Shown here one piece after another: positions 19,077-28,896 of a stretch of DNA of 64,000 bases. The position numbers and the translations under genes were made by a program. Each line of letters opens with the position of its first letter. Positions within the stretch are counted from its first letter, which is position 1. The stretch covers positions 55,079-119,078 of the forward strand of contig JAJPCT020000018.1 in NCBI GenBank assembly GCA_021323375.2, written 5' to 3'. A model generated the notes under the pieces. It was not told where the DNA came from, made no database searches, and saw nothing but the letters and a program-made list of their open reading frames with translations. This stretch comes from Candidatus Wolframiiraptor gerlachensis. Lineage in GTDB: Archaea; Thermoproteota; Nitrososphaeria_A; Caldarchaeales; Wolframiiraptoraceae.

Positions 19077-20252
19077 TCAGGGGCCTCGCCTCACGATTAA
19101 TCCACAGACCCCGCTCATACATCTGATATCCTTAACCAATATCCTGTTCTGAGCCCATATCCTGCATGTTCCCTCAATCCCAACCATCGCCGGGCCCACC
19201 GGAGTCGATGGGGTACACTTCTTCATGTATAGGGGGCAGTCCGGTGGATCAATAATCCCCTTTATTATCTCGGCGCATCTAGCCTCCGACGGGAAGCAGT
19301 CTCCTCCTCCATGCTCTAGGCCATAAGTCCTTCTAGCATCAACTTGGGAGAACATTTCCTTAAAGTTCATGGCACTTTCAGGTATTATCGCGACACCTCT
19401 CCAATAGCCATCCTCGAAATCGAAGACCTCTTGGAGAGCCTTCTGCGCCTTCAGGTTCCCCTCCCACGTCACAGATCTCACATACTCGTTCTCCATCCTC
19501 GGGGCGCGATCCCTTAGCTGCTTGAGAACCATGTAGATCGCCATCAAGACGTCTATGGGCTCGAAGCCCGCGAAGACCATCGGCTTGCCACACTTATCGA
19601 AATACGGCTTATACGCCTTCATACCGCTCACGGTCGAGGCGTGGCCCGGATTTATGAAAGCATCTATCTCGAGATCCTCGGATTCCGCTAGAAGCCCGAC
19701 AGCCGGCGGGACATACCTGTGGGCGGAGAGGACCTTAAGGTTTCTCGGAAGCCCCTTCAGGACGAAATAGGCCACGGTTGGCGCCGTGGTCTCAAAGCCT
19801 GCTCCAAGGAATACATACTCCTTATCCGGGTTACTGCTAGCGATCTTGACAGCATCCATGAAGCTATACACAACCCCAACCCTCCCACCCTCAGCAGCAC
19901 AATCCTCCAGCGAGATCATCCTAGAACCCTTAGCCCTAGACACATCACCATAGGTAAGCACATGGATCCCATCAAGCGCGAGCCCGACGGCCACATCTAT
20001 ATCAGATGCAGGGGTTATGCAGACTGGGCAGCCGGGTCCAGCCCTAACCTCAACATTATCCGGCAGAAGAGCCCTAATACCCCAATGAGTTATGGTCCAC
20101 TCATGAGTCCCACACACATGCATTATCCTAACCCTCGGAAGATCCCTAGCAACCTCCCAGATCTTCTCAACTAGCCTCCTAGCAAGAGCTGGATCCCTAT
20201 ATCTCGAAAGAATCACCCTCACACGATCCAAGGACCCCATACCATCTATCAC
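19077..20252 (-). CDS. hypD: Hydrogenase expression/formation protein HypD
   Basis: 391 aa. Contains the GPGCPVC motif, CGTHE and C-terminal Cys motifs. Confidence 0.93.
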   Translation of the reverse strand: MIDGMGSLDRVRVILSRYRDPALARRLVEKIWEVARDLPRVRIMHVCGTHEWTITHWGIRALLPDNVEVRAGPGCPVCITPASDIDVAVGLALDGIHVLTYGDVSRAKGSRMISLEDCAAEGGRVGVVYSFMDAVKIASSNPDKEYVFLGAGFETTAPTVAYFVLKGLPRNLKVLSAHRYVPPAVGLLAESEDLEIDAFINPGHASTVSGMKAYKPYFDKCGKPMVFAGFEPIDVLMAIYMVLKQLRDRAPRMENEYVRSVTWEGNLKAQKALQEVFDFEDGYWRGVAIIPESAMNFKEMFSQVDARRTYGLEHGGGDCFPSEARCAEIIKGIIDPPDCPLYMKKCTPSTPVGPAMVGIEGTCRIWAQNRILVKDIRCMSGVCGLIVRRGP

Positions 20253-20358
20253 GCAGTCATATAAAACCCAGCGCCACGATAATAAAGATTTAACCCTGTA
20301 AAATTGGCAGCAGACTTAACTAAAATAACGAGGTTTAGCGGAATGGGGCATCGGTTTT

Positions 20359-21333
20359 TCAGTCATAAAGATGGCAGGCTACTAAGTGCCCCGGTTGATA
20401 CTGCCTGAGCTCAGGAATCACCTGCTTGCATACGTCCATTACATATGGGCATCTCGGGTGAAATCTACATCCCGCCGGGGGGTTAGATAAGTCGGGTGGC
20501 TCACCTTTAATCACCTCCCTGATCTTAAATCTGTTTGAGGGATCCGGGTCGGGAATAGCATCTATCAGTGCCTTAGTATATGGGTGTAACGGATTCTTCA
20601 ACAGTGTAGAGGAGGGCCCCAATTCTATTATCTTTCCAGCATACATCACCGCGATTCTCTCGGAGAAGTATTTTGACGTGGCGATATCATGTGTTATGTA
20701 AAGGTATGATAGATTATGCTTCCTCTGAAGTTCCCTCAACAATAAAAGTATCTCCACCCTGACAGAAGCATCTAGCATAGAGACTGGCTCGTCAGCCACT
20801 ATGAAGTCCGGCCTAAGAACCAGCGCCCTAGCGATAGCCACCCTCTGCCTTTGGCCGCCGCTGAGCATGTGTGGGTATTTTCTCGCGAACTCCTCGGGAG
20901 GTATAAGCCTCACCTCCTCTAGGGCCCTCATAACAAGCTCAGCCCGCTCCTCCCTCGTCCCAATACTATGTATCTCTAGAGGCTCCTCTATCACCTTAAA
21001 AACACTGTAACTGGGGTCGATGCTCGCATATGGATCTTGGAAGATCATTGCCATGTGTCTCCTGAGCTTCTTCATCTCGTTATAATTTGTGTTTGTGATC
21101 TCTTGACCCTTGAAGAAGATCTTGCCAGCAGTCGGCTCAATTATTCTCAATAATGTCTTTCCAAGAGTTGTTTTACCGCAGCCGCTTTCACCCACCAATG
21201 CCAGTGTTTCACCGGGATAAATCTCGAGGCTAACTCCATCAACTGCCCTAACATAACCAGCTATCCTGAACAAGCCTTTTCTAACAGGGAAATAGGTTTT
21301 AAGATCTATCGCCCTTATGACAGGATCACTCAT
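20359..21333 (-). CDS. Peptide (Opp/Dpp-type) ABC transporter ATP-binding protein
   Basis: 324 aa. Walker A GESGCGKTT, signature LSGGQRQR, Walker B FIVADEP and a C-terminal CRFHPRCP oligopeptide-transporter domain. Confidence 0.9.
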   Translation of the reverse strand: MSDPVIRAIDLKTYFPVRKGLFRIAGYVRAVDGVSLEIYPGETLALVGESGCGKTTLGKTLLRIIEPTAGKIFFKGQEITNTNYNEMKKLRRHMAMIFQDPYASIDPSYSVFKVIEEPLEIHSIGTREERAELVMRALEEVRLIPPEEFARKYPHMLSGGQRQRVAIARALVLRPDFIVADEPVSMLDASVRVEILLLLRELQRKHNLSYLYITHDIATSKYFSERIAVMYAGKIIELGPSSTLLKNPLHPYTKALIDAIPDPDPSNRFKIREVIKGEPPDLSNPPAGCRFHPRCPYVMDVCKQVIPELRQYQPGHLVACHLYD

Positions 21334-22307
21334 GCACCTTCACCTCCATACAGCCAACAAACAACATAATGCCCTCCTCCGATATCGAACTCAGGAGGCT
21401 CCTCAACATCACACTTGCCTTTTATCATGTAGGGGCATCTTGGATGGAATCTACATCCTGAAGGTGGATTTCTTAAGTCGGGCGGCGCGCCCGGTATGAA
21501 TGATGGTGGGATATCCTGTCTTAACCTCGGGATACTATTGAGTAGCAGTTTCATATATGGATGGGCGGGGGAAAGATAAACGTCATCAGCTGGCCCGCGT
21601 TCGACAATCTTTCCAGCATACATAACTGCGACAGAGTCTGCCAGCTCACTGCTCAACGCGAGGTCATGTGTTATGAAAATATAGGATAAGCCTCGTTCCT
21701 GCTTCAGCTGCTTTAAGAGATTGATTATGTTGGCCTGGGTTATTATGTCGAGTGCCGACGTTGGCTCATCGAGGATAACTATCTTCGGCCTAGTCACTAG
21801 GGCCATTGCGATACAGACTCTTTGCTTCATCCCACCGCTGAGCTCGTGAGGATATCTTTCAGAAACTCCTTTAGGCAGTCCAACCTCCTCTAGAGCCTCC
21901 TCAGCTATCGCTAGCGCGTCTTTCTTATTAAGACCAAAATTATGAATTAGGGGCTCAGCCACCTGAAATCCGACCTTCAGCACCGGGTTTAGGGCGTTCA
22001 TAGCTCCCTGAAATACTATAGATATGATCCTCCACCTTACATTTCTTCTGAACTCCTCCTCAGGGAGCTTCATGACATCTAATCCATTCATGTAAATCTC
22101 GCCTTCGTATCTTGCGGTATTTGGTGGAAGCAGGCGCATCAATGCCATGGCTGTGGAGCTCTTCCCGCACCCGCTCTCCCCAACTAAAGCTATAGCACGT
22201 CTACTCTGAAGCTCAAAGAATATTCCGTCAACTGCTCTTACAATAGATCTTCCGGACCTATAATGCAGAAAAAGCTTTTTAACACTTAATACCTGCGGCT
22301 CGCTCAT
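21330..22307 (-). CDS. Peptide (Opp/Dpp-type) ABC transporter ATP-binding protein
   Basis: 325 aa. Walker A GESGCGKSS, signature LSGGMKQR and a C-terminal CRFHPRCP domain. Confidence 0.9.
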   Translation of the reverse strand: MSEPQVLSVKKLFLHYRSGRSIVRAVDGIFFELQSRRAIALVGESGCGKSSTAMALMRLLPPNTARYEGEIYMNGLDVMKLPEEEFRRNVRWRIISIVFQGAMNALNPVLKVGFQVAEPLIHNFGLNKKDALAIAEEALEEVGLPKGVSERYPHELSGGMKQRVCIAMALVTRPKIVILDEPTSALDIITQANIINLLKQLKQERGLSYIFITHDLALSSELADSVAVMYAGKIVERGPADDVYLSPAHPYMKLLLNSIPRLRQDIPPSFIPGAPPDLRNPPSGCRFHPRCPYMIKGKCDVEEPPEFDIGGGHYVVCWLYGGEGA

Positions 22308-22321
22308 CTCATTTCACCATA

Positions 22322-23752
22322 CTAGCCGGTTCTGAGTCTAGGATTAACAACAGGTTCCATTCCAAGTGCTATAAGTACGAATGTAAAGGCTGTTAAAACG
22401 ATCATGACCCCCGGCGGGATTATCCACCACCATAATCCCAGATATATCGCGCCATTCCTGAATCCAAGCTCCAGCATCTGCCCCCATGTTGGAAGTGATG
22501 GATCTCCAAGCCCGAGGAAGCTGAGCGCGGCTTCAAGCAGGATAAACGTCGGTACATAGAATATCATTTGAGCCACGATAAATGGCATCACTTGGGGTAG
22601 CATATGCCTGAAGATTATTCTCCAAGGTGAACTGCCGAAGGATTTTGCAGCCTCAATATATTGCGCCTCCTTTAATTGCAGCGTTATTGATCTTGTAACT
22701 ATTGTCAGTCCTGGCCAACCGAACACTATTAAGAGGAGAACGATGTTCCAAATACTCGAGCCCATCAGGAAGATGAGAAATATTGTTAGCGGGAGAAGAG
22801 GAAGATTATAAACTATGTCGGATGTTCTCTGGGTAATCTCATCTATCTTGCCGCCGAAGTATCCGCCTATAATACCTAGGAGACATCCAATTAAAGTCAC
22901 TATTACGGAGGTTATAATTCCTATGAAGAGCGATGTCGGGAAGCCCAATAAGACGCCAATCGCAATATCTCGCCCAATTACATCGGTGCCGAGTAGCCCG
23001 TAAACGCTTCCGCCAAGAATTAGGGAGATATCGTCTACTGAGTCCCTCTCATTATATGCCGTCACAGCAACCTCGAACCTATATCTCCCCTTTAATGGGG
23101 AGGAGAAATTGCCTTCGATGGGGGATCCAAAGATAAATCGCTCTGGGTTCCTACCAATCTCGGATGGACTAAAGCTTAATCCATAGCTCTCTTTCAGGAA
23201 TAATGAGACGCTTCTCCAGACATTTACATCAGAATCTATCTTCAAGATAAATGGCTCTTCTCCATAACGCAAGTAGGGAGGCTTCTCCCCCTCTCTTGGA
23301 GATGGCACTATGAATGACGTCAGCTCAACAGCCTTTCCATCGGGTCTCAGGAGTTTAAGCGCGATAATTGGTGGAGATTTCCAGTATCTCACGTCTCTCA
23401 CCAACATTGAGAAGAACTTTGGAAATTCGTCTGAGTCATAATCTAGGTCAAAGTAATAGAGTTTCTTGATTGTTCCATCCGGCACCCTAAATACTACTGG
23501 TTCACGGGCCTCCAGTATTTTGTGCTCGAAGAGCTTGGATTGTGTGAAAAAGTTCACCCATGAAGGTGGGGCAGATTTCGGGTAATTCTCCCAGGCTTTT
23601 GGATTGTTCCAGACAAGTTTCCCATAGTCCGGCGGAAATGCCACTAATGCATAGATTGAGAATGCCAGCAGGATTATCAGGAGCACTACTCCCAGCTTTG
23701 AGACCGAGCTCGAAAAGAATACTTGGAGCATCTCTTTCCTCGATGAGATCAT
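22322..23752 (-). CDS. Peptide ABC transporter permease (OppC/DppC type) with long N-terminal extracytoplasmic extension
   Basis: 476 aa. N-terminal TM helix, a roughly 230-aa loop, then a BPD-transporter core containing the EAA-like motif YIEAAKSFGSSPWRIIFRHMLP. Confidence 0.85.
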   Translation of the reverse strand: MISSRKEMLQVFFSSSVSKLGVVLLIILLAFSIYALVAFPPDYGKLVWNNPKAWENYPKSAPPSWVNFFTQSKLFEHKILEAREPVVFRVPDGTIKKLYYFDLDYDSDEFPKFFSMLVRDVRYWKSPPIIALKLLRPDGKAVELTSFIVPSPREGEKPPYLRYGEEPFILKIDSDVNVWRSVSLFLKESYGLSFSPSEIGRNPERFIFGSPIEGNFSSPLKGRYRFEVAVTAYNERDSVDDISLILGGSVYGLLGTDVIGRDIAIGVLLGFPTSLFIGIITSVIVTLIGCLLGIIGGYFGGKIDEITQRTSDIVYNLPLLPLTIFLIFLMGSSIWNIVLLLIVFGWPGLTIVTRSITLQLKEAQYIEAAKSFGSSPWRIIFRHMLPQVMPFIVAQMIFYVPTFILLEAALSFLGLGDPSLPTWGQMLELGFRNGAIYLGLWWWIIPPGVMIVLTAFTFVLIALGMEPVVNPRLRTG

Positions 23753-24795
23753 ATTCTCACCCTAGGATCAAGCATGACATAAAAGATCTCGAGCACAAAC
23801 CTAGCTATGACATAGACAAGTGTGAAGACATAGACTAAACCTAGGATCAGGGCTTCATCACCCGAGACTATTGCTTGGTAGAAGAGCAGGCCCATACCAG
23901 GCCATCCGAAAACCGTCTCCGTCAAGATGGCGCCACCTATGGATCCGGCCAAACCCAGTATTAGCTGGGTTAAGATTGGTGGTGCTGCAACTCTCGCGAT
24001 ATATCTCCATCTGACTATGCGCTCTGGTAGCCCTTTAGCCCTAGCTGCTAGTACGAAATCCTCCTGAGCTATATTCATGACCACAGTTCTAGTAACGTAA
24101 ATGTTGGAGCCGACTGTAGCTAGAACTAGGACTATGATCGGGAGTGTTGCATGCCAGAGGAGGTCGAGAAACCTTGCTAATACATCATCGGGCGGGGGGA
24201 TGCTATACATCCCTCCCGGCGGGAAGATCCTAAGATAGAAGTAGAATATGAGTATGAAGATTATCCCAGTCCACCATGTTGGTAGAGCATATGAAATTGC
24301 GGAGAAGTATGTAAGTGCTCTATCGAGCTTTGAGCCTATGGCTGTCGCTAATTTAACCCCCACTAAGAGACCAATTATGAAGGATAATACGGTTGCGGTT
24401 GTAACGAGGAGAATCGTGTTAGGTAGTCTCTCCATTATTAGATCCACAACCTTATTGCTACCAGAGAATGTTTGGAGTGACTTGGAGACTCCTAAGTCGA
24501 GGAATATTATCCTCCTAAACATATCTCCGATTCTGGTGTACCATGGTTTATCAAGCCCATAGGCCTTTATCAGCTCCTGCCGGTAGGTCTCAACGGCTTT
24601 CTCCAGGGCCTCGGGATCGGTTATCGTTCTAGAGATTGCTTGTCTGTAGGTGCTTACCTCTTGCCTGACTATAGACATCAATATCTTGTCGGAGGTTCCA
24701 GTTGCACCTATTATTACGACAACTAGAAAGAGTACTAAAAGGAGGACGAGTAGAAGGTTTACGGCCCGGATGGCCAGTGTCTTTGCCAGCCCCAT
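23749..24795 (-). CDS. Peptide ABC transporter permease (OppB/DppB type)
   Basis: 348 aa. Multi-TM protein with the EAA-like motif FVLAARAKGLPERIVRWRY. Confidence 0.85.
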   Translation of the reverse strand: MGLAKTLAIRAVNLLLVLLLVLFLVVVIIGATGTSDKILMSIVRQEVSTYRQAISRTITDPEALEKAVETYRQELIKAYGLDKPWYTRIGDMFRRIIFLDLGVSKSLQTFSGSNKVVDLIMERLPNTILLVTTATVLSFIIGLLVGVKLATAIGSKLDRALTYFSAISYALPTWWTGIIFILIFYFYLRIFPPGGMYSIPPPDDVLARFLDLLWHATLPIIVLVLATVGSNIYVTRTVVMNIAQEDFVLAARAKGLPERIVRWRYIARVAAPPILTQLILGLAGSIGGAILTETVFGWPGMGLLFYQAIVSGDEALILGLVYVFTLVYVIARFVLEIFYVMLDPRVRI

Positions 24796-24842
24796 TATTT
24801 TCGTTAAAAAAATAAAGGGGTAAAGTAATAAACCTTGCAGCG

Positions 24843-25028
24843 CTAGGACATCCTTCGCTGCCTTATAATGGCGACTGCGGACAATGCGACAGCAATTATC
24901 GAGATCACCAGCACGATAGTTGCTATTATTAATAGGTTCTGGACAGCATCTCTTAGATCAGAGGTCTCTTTATGTAACACCGCGACATTGGCGCCCAGTT
25001 CTGATAGTGACTTGCTGATATCGCTCAT
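24843..25028 (-). CDS. 61-aa helical segment plus C-terminal TM anchor; probably the detached C-terminal anchor of the substrate-binding protein
   Basis: One TM helix (LLIIATIVLVISIIAVALSAVAII) followed by RQRR. It is in the same frame as 25056..26669, separated only by TAA plus 9 sense codons. Confidence 0.5.
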   Translation of the reverse strand: MSDISKSLSELGANVAVLHKETSDLRDAVQNLLIIATIVLVISIIAVALSAVAIIRQRRMS

Positions 25029-25055
25029 TGTTGCGGTCGTCCTGCTCTCGAGATT

Positions 25056-26669
25056 TTAAACCGCCGTATTCACCGTGGTAACGCTTTCCACAGTCTTTCC
25101 AATTGCGCTTTCAACGCCCTTAAGAGCATCCGCAAGGTCTTTTGATAATTCTTCAATTCTTCGGGCGACATCCTCTGATACAACCTTAACCGACTCCTCG
25201 ACGCCCCTCTTTAGCGGCTCTATGTTTAGGACGTCAACGAATTCCTTAACCGCGGCCACGAAAGCAACTTCATCACTATATGCGGCAATGGTGAACTCGT
25301 AGAGCCCTCCAGGCCTCAGCTTAGCGGTGAAGTCCGGATCTAGTTTAATAGCAAACCTTGTTGGCGTGACCCTATCTCCCTCGCCAACTTTTACTACGCT
25401 GCCCGTCAGCGGATCCTTAACGAGATACTTCACGTGGAGTGCTCCAGGTCCTTTAACATCAACTATTAGTGTTGATTCGCCACCTGGGACTATTGTGGAT
25501 TTTCCAACGCTTACTATCTCAACAGGCTCTGGCAGGCCCCAGTAATTATCTCCGGGCTTGAATGGATAATTCTCATCCCTATATGCGGTGAACTCAGCAT
25601 ACTGCGCCGCCGGATCGAATTTTGTTAACATGAATGGGCCGTTGCCTATCCACATCAGGCCATAGGCCTCATACCACTTTAATGCAGCATCATATCTCGC
25701 CATCGCGTTATCCGCGGTTTCATAGGTTTTGCCATTTATGGTGAACCAGCTCTCTGGGAAGAATGCAGCCGACTTCATCTCCTTAATCACATCGGCAACC
25801 GCGGCCGCATGATCTTTAAGCACTAGGCTCAGCCATGGTATTCCAAGCTTTGTTGCGGCAGTGTCACTATATGCGTAGGTCTTCTTCTCGAAGACGAGCT
25901 TATCCATGGCGGCCCACACCTCCCAGGGCACGGTCATGCAGGGAGCAGAGGCCGGCCAGATAATAGCAGCTTGATCGGCTATGTAAGCTGGCTCAAAGTG
26001 CCAATAGTCAATGTAAACCTCCACCCTCTCGTCAGGTAGTATTCTTATCCCCCTTATCAGCTCGAAGGCTGGAGCAATTCTAGAAGCTATAGCAGGTTCT
26101 ATTGCGCTTTTCTCCGGGTCCATGGCTAGATCCCATAATGCCGCTAAGTTATGTATCATGTCGGCGAGTGATATCTGAATTCCATGATGCCACTTGGCCT
26201 TGAATAGCTTGGAGAAGTCAAAAGTCACCTTACTGGTTGCCTTTGTCCCCGCTGGAACATTAATCCACCTATCATTCACCGCGTCCCAGACGACAGCATC
26301 AGAAGGAACGTTAAGTTTTCCATCGGGCCCAGCGGTCTCAACATCATAGGAAGCTCGAATGGCAATCGGCAATCCATTAAAGGGATGACGGGCCATTACT
26401 GGATCACACGTGGAGGCAGCAAGGTCTACAGAGTATACATCTTCGAACCCCCCAACAGGGTTCCATGTCGTTCTCTCCGTCCAAATCCATAGATGTCCAA
26501 CTACCAGTGTATCCTTTCCCGGGATGTAGGCGTTTCTAACAACATGCCAAGCTCTAATCCCGGCTCCGATATCATTAGTTATGCCCGTGACTTCCGCCCT
26601 CGTCGGATACGCCTCCATTCTCGTGATTCCCCAAATCCTTATCGACTCCTGTATCGACATCTCGGACAT
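25056..26669 (-). CDS. Peptide ABC transporter substrate-binding protein (family 5), central/C-terminal fragment
   Basis: 537 aa with family-5 SBP-like sequence. It is in frame with the upstream fragment 26781..27632 across a single TGA. Confidence 0.75.
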   Translation of the reverse strand: MSEMSIQESIRIWGITRMEAYPTRAEVTGITNDIGAGIRAWHVVRNAYIPGKDTLVVGHLWIWTERTTWNPVGGFEDVYSVDLAASTCDPVMARHPFNGLPIAIRASYDVETAGPDGKLNVPSDAVVWDAVNDRWINVPAGTKATSKVTFDFSKLFKAKWHHGIQISLADMIHNLAALWDLAMDPEKSAIEPAIASRIAPAFELIRGIRILPDERVEVYIDYWHFEPAYIADQAAIIWPASAPCMTVPWEVWAAMDKLVFEKKTYAYSDTAATKLGIPWLSLVLKDHAAAVADVIKEMKSAAFFPESWFTINGKTYETADNAMARYDAALKWYEAYGLMWIGNGPFMLTKFDPAAQYAEFTAYRDENYPFKPGDNYWGLPEPVEIVSVGKSTIVPGGESTLIVDVKGPGALHVKYLVKDPLTGSVVKVGEGDRVTPTRFAIKLDPDFTAKLRPGGLYEFTIAAYSDEVAFVAAVKEFVDVLNIEPLKRGVEESVKVVSEDVARRIEELSKDLADALKGVESAIGKTVESVTTVNTAV

Positions 26670-26780
26670 CCTTCGATATAATTCATCTCTCTCTGTCTTG
26701 CTCTTGAACTGGCCTTGATAGATTCTCAGCCCTAGATCATCTATAGTAGAGTTCTCATATTGCCAGTAGCCCGCCTCCTG

Positions 26781-27632
26781 TCATCCGGGCATAAAGCCGA
26801 ACCATGGTGCATTGAATTGGTTTATTGTCCCAATATCATATTTCTCAGGAGCTGTCTTGCCCCAGCCCTCCGTGTATAGGTGCCACTCGAAGTCCTTTGG
26901 ATCCGTGCCATACACCTTCTCAATCGCTACTCCAAACGGCGCATAAATCCTCTCAATAGTAAATCCAAGCCTCTCAAGCTCTGTTGCAAACGTGTCGCCG
27001 ATCTCTCTCCTCTCATCCTCGATCCTTATTATGAACTTTAAGGTAACAGGCTTGCCATTGTAATACCATTTTCCGCCGATTTTCTCAGCACCCATTCTCG
27101 TCATTTCCTCATCAACTATTTGAGCAGCTAGAGCTGGATCATACTTGAAATCATACTTCGCGATTATGTCGAATATTGTCGTGTAGTCTGGGTCATACGT
27201 TGATAGGAATGTTACCATCGGCGCGGCGAACCCCTCGTAGATATTGGTCACGATGAACTCCCTGTTGAATGCGTACTGGAGGGCTAGCCTAATCCTCTTA
27301 TTGGCCAATGGATTTAATTCTCCTGCGGGAGCTGGCGCCGGGTTCAAAATGATGTCAACAAGGCCGGCTGGAGCCATGTAAAGCCTTACATTGGGATCGC
27401 CCATCAATGCCTTAGCTTGAGCAGGTCTCAGGGCAAACTGATACATATCGATATCGCCGGCTTGAATAGCCTTTGGTGCCAGATCGACAGGAACCCGCTT
27501 ATAGATCACCTTCTCAACGGCTGGCCCCGGCATTGTATGAGGAGCTCTATACTGAGCAAGCGCCGGCGAGATCATCAGAGACACCGCCAAGATCACTAGC
27601 AGGGACAAGAGGAATATTTTCCTAGAATTCAT
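26781..27632 (-). CDS. Peptide ABC transporter substrate-binding protein (family 5), N-terminal fragment with signal peptide
   Basis: 283 aa. Signal sequence MNSRKIFLLSLLVILAVSLMISPALA. It ends at a TGA that is followed by 37 open in-frame codons leading into the next fragment. Confidence 0.75.
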   Translation of the reverse strand: MNSRKIFLLSLLVILAVSLMISPALAQYRAPHTMPGPAVEKVIYKRVPVDLAPKAIQAGDIDMYQFALRPAQAKALMGDPNVRLYMAPAGLVDIILNPAPAPAGELNPLANKRIRLALQYAFNREFIVTNIYEGFAAPMVTFLSTYDPDYTTIFDIIAKYDFKYDPALAAQIVDEEMTRMGAEKIGGKWYYNGKPVTLKFIIRIEDERREIGDTFATELERLGFTIERIYAPFGVAIEKVYGTDPKDFEWHLYTEGWGKTAPEKYDIGTINQFNAPWFGFMPG

Positions 27633-28896
27633 CGTTATTACTCTTATCAGCTTGTTTATTAGTATTTTTATACTTTCTCACGGACTTACTTCTTTTCTGA
27701 GAAATCATTCTCATCACTGAGAATGGTATTCCTGCTAGCATTATTGTTGCTTGGGTTTGGAAGGCCTCTGCGATGGCGTTGGTAAGGTTGCTTGCCGCGA
27801 TATTTTCCCCAATGTTTGCTGTTCTCTCCATTATTATTAGCTGTGTGGCGGCTTCGTATGAAGTTGCTTGGACGAGTGATATTACTGCTATGTTTAGGCT
27901 TATCAGGAATCCTATGTTGAAGGAGAGGGTTCTTATGGCTGAGGCGACCCCCCTCCTTTCTGGTGGAACGGATGTCATTATTGAGCTGGTGTTGGGCGAG
28001 ATGAAGAGGCCCCCGCCAATGCCGAGGATTATCGTCGCGGTTATCACATGGGCTAGGCTTGTCGCGGCGCTTATCTTGGATAGCATGAGCAGGCTCGCTC
28101 CCGCGAGTAGTAGCCCTGTTGTGGTCGGCATCTCGAACCCCTTCTTATCAGATATTCGGCCGCCCACGACCCCGAAGACTAGGAATGAGAGTTCGAAGGG
28201 TGTTATCAGTAGTCCTGTTAAGGATGCTGAGTAATTTTCCAAGACTTCGAGAAAGATTACTATTAGGGTTAATGATGCACCGAAGCCCATGGAGTAGAGG
28301 AGCTGGGCTATTATCCCTCCCGTGAATTGAAGATTCCTGAATATTGATAGGTCGAGTGCCCTGCATCTGCCACGTCGCTCATGAGCTATGAAGAGCGCGA
28401 ATAGTATTGTTGCGAGGATCATGGAGAGTATTGCCTCGCTGAGCCACTGGGCGGCATTCATCATCATCGTCAAGCCCATGGCCATGGAGAATAGGAATGA
28501 TGTGAATAGCAGGAATCCGGGAATGTCGAGGCAAGTCTTCTGCGGGGGCTTATATGTTTCTCTCAGGGTTCTCATGCTCCATATGAAGGCGGCGAATCCC
28601 ATGGGGACGTAGAATAGGTAGATCCATCTCCATCCCAGCATGTCTATTATAATTCCGCTTAGCGTCAGCCCTAGGAGCGCTCCTACTCTCCAAGCGATCT
28701 GGTTTACGCCGAGCCATGTCCCCAAGACGCTGCGGGGGAGATTATCCGTCAGGATTGTTACGCTAAGAGTCATTAGGAATGCAGAGCCCACCCCCTGCAG
28801 GATCCTTGATGCTATCAGCATTTGTGGGCTTAATGCTAGTCCTGATGCCAGGCCGCCGAGCGTGAAGATCAGCAAGCCCGCGTTAAAGAGCCTCAC
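27622..28896 (-). CDS. MFS transporter (DHA2/EmrB-like); 5' end probably frameshifted
   Basis: 424 aa from a GTG start. The same frame stays open upstream to 29127 and encodes TM1-TM2 plus MFS motif A (GDLADLFGR), but with no start codon. See findings. Confidence 0.8.
   Translation of the reverse strand: MRLFNAGLLIFTLGGLASGLALSPQMLIASRILQGVGSAFLMTLSVTILTDNLPRSVLGTWLGVNQIAWRVGALLGLTLSGIIIDMLGWRWIYLFYVPMGFAAFIWSMRTLRETYKPPQKTCLDIPGFLLFTSFLFSMAMGLTMMMNAAQWLSEAILSMILATILFALFIAHERRGRCRALDLSIFRNLQFTGGIIAQLLYSMGFGASLTLIVIFLEVLENYSASLTGLLITPFELSFLVFGVVGGRISDKKGFEMPTTTGLLLAGASLLMLSKISAATSLAHVITATIILGIGGGLFISPNTSSIMTSVPPERRGVASAIRTLSFNIGFLISLNIAVISLVQATSYEAATQLIIMERTANIGENIAASNLTNAIAEAFQTQATIMLAGIPFSVMRMISQKRSKSVRKYKNTNKQADKSNNDEF

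Noticed and set aside
26781-26783. The in-frame TGA of the binding-protein gene as a selenocysteine codon
   Set aside because: The window has no evidence of a Sec machinery or an archaeal 3'-UTR SECIS. The second interruption is TAA. A neighbouring gene has a TGA at a conserved Gly together with a frameshift. Mutation or sequencing error is more parsimonious.
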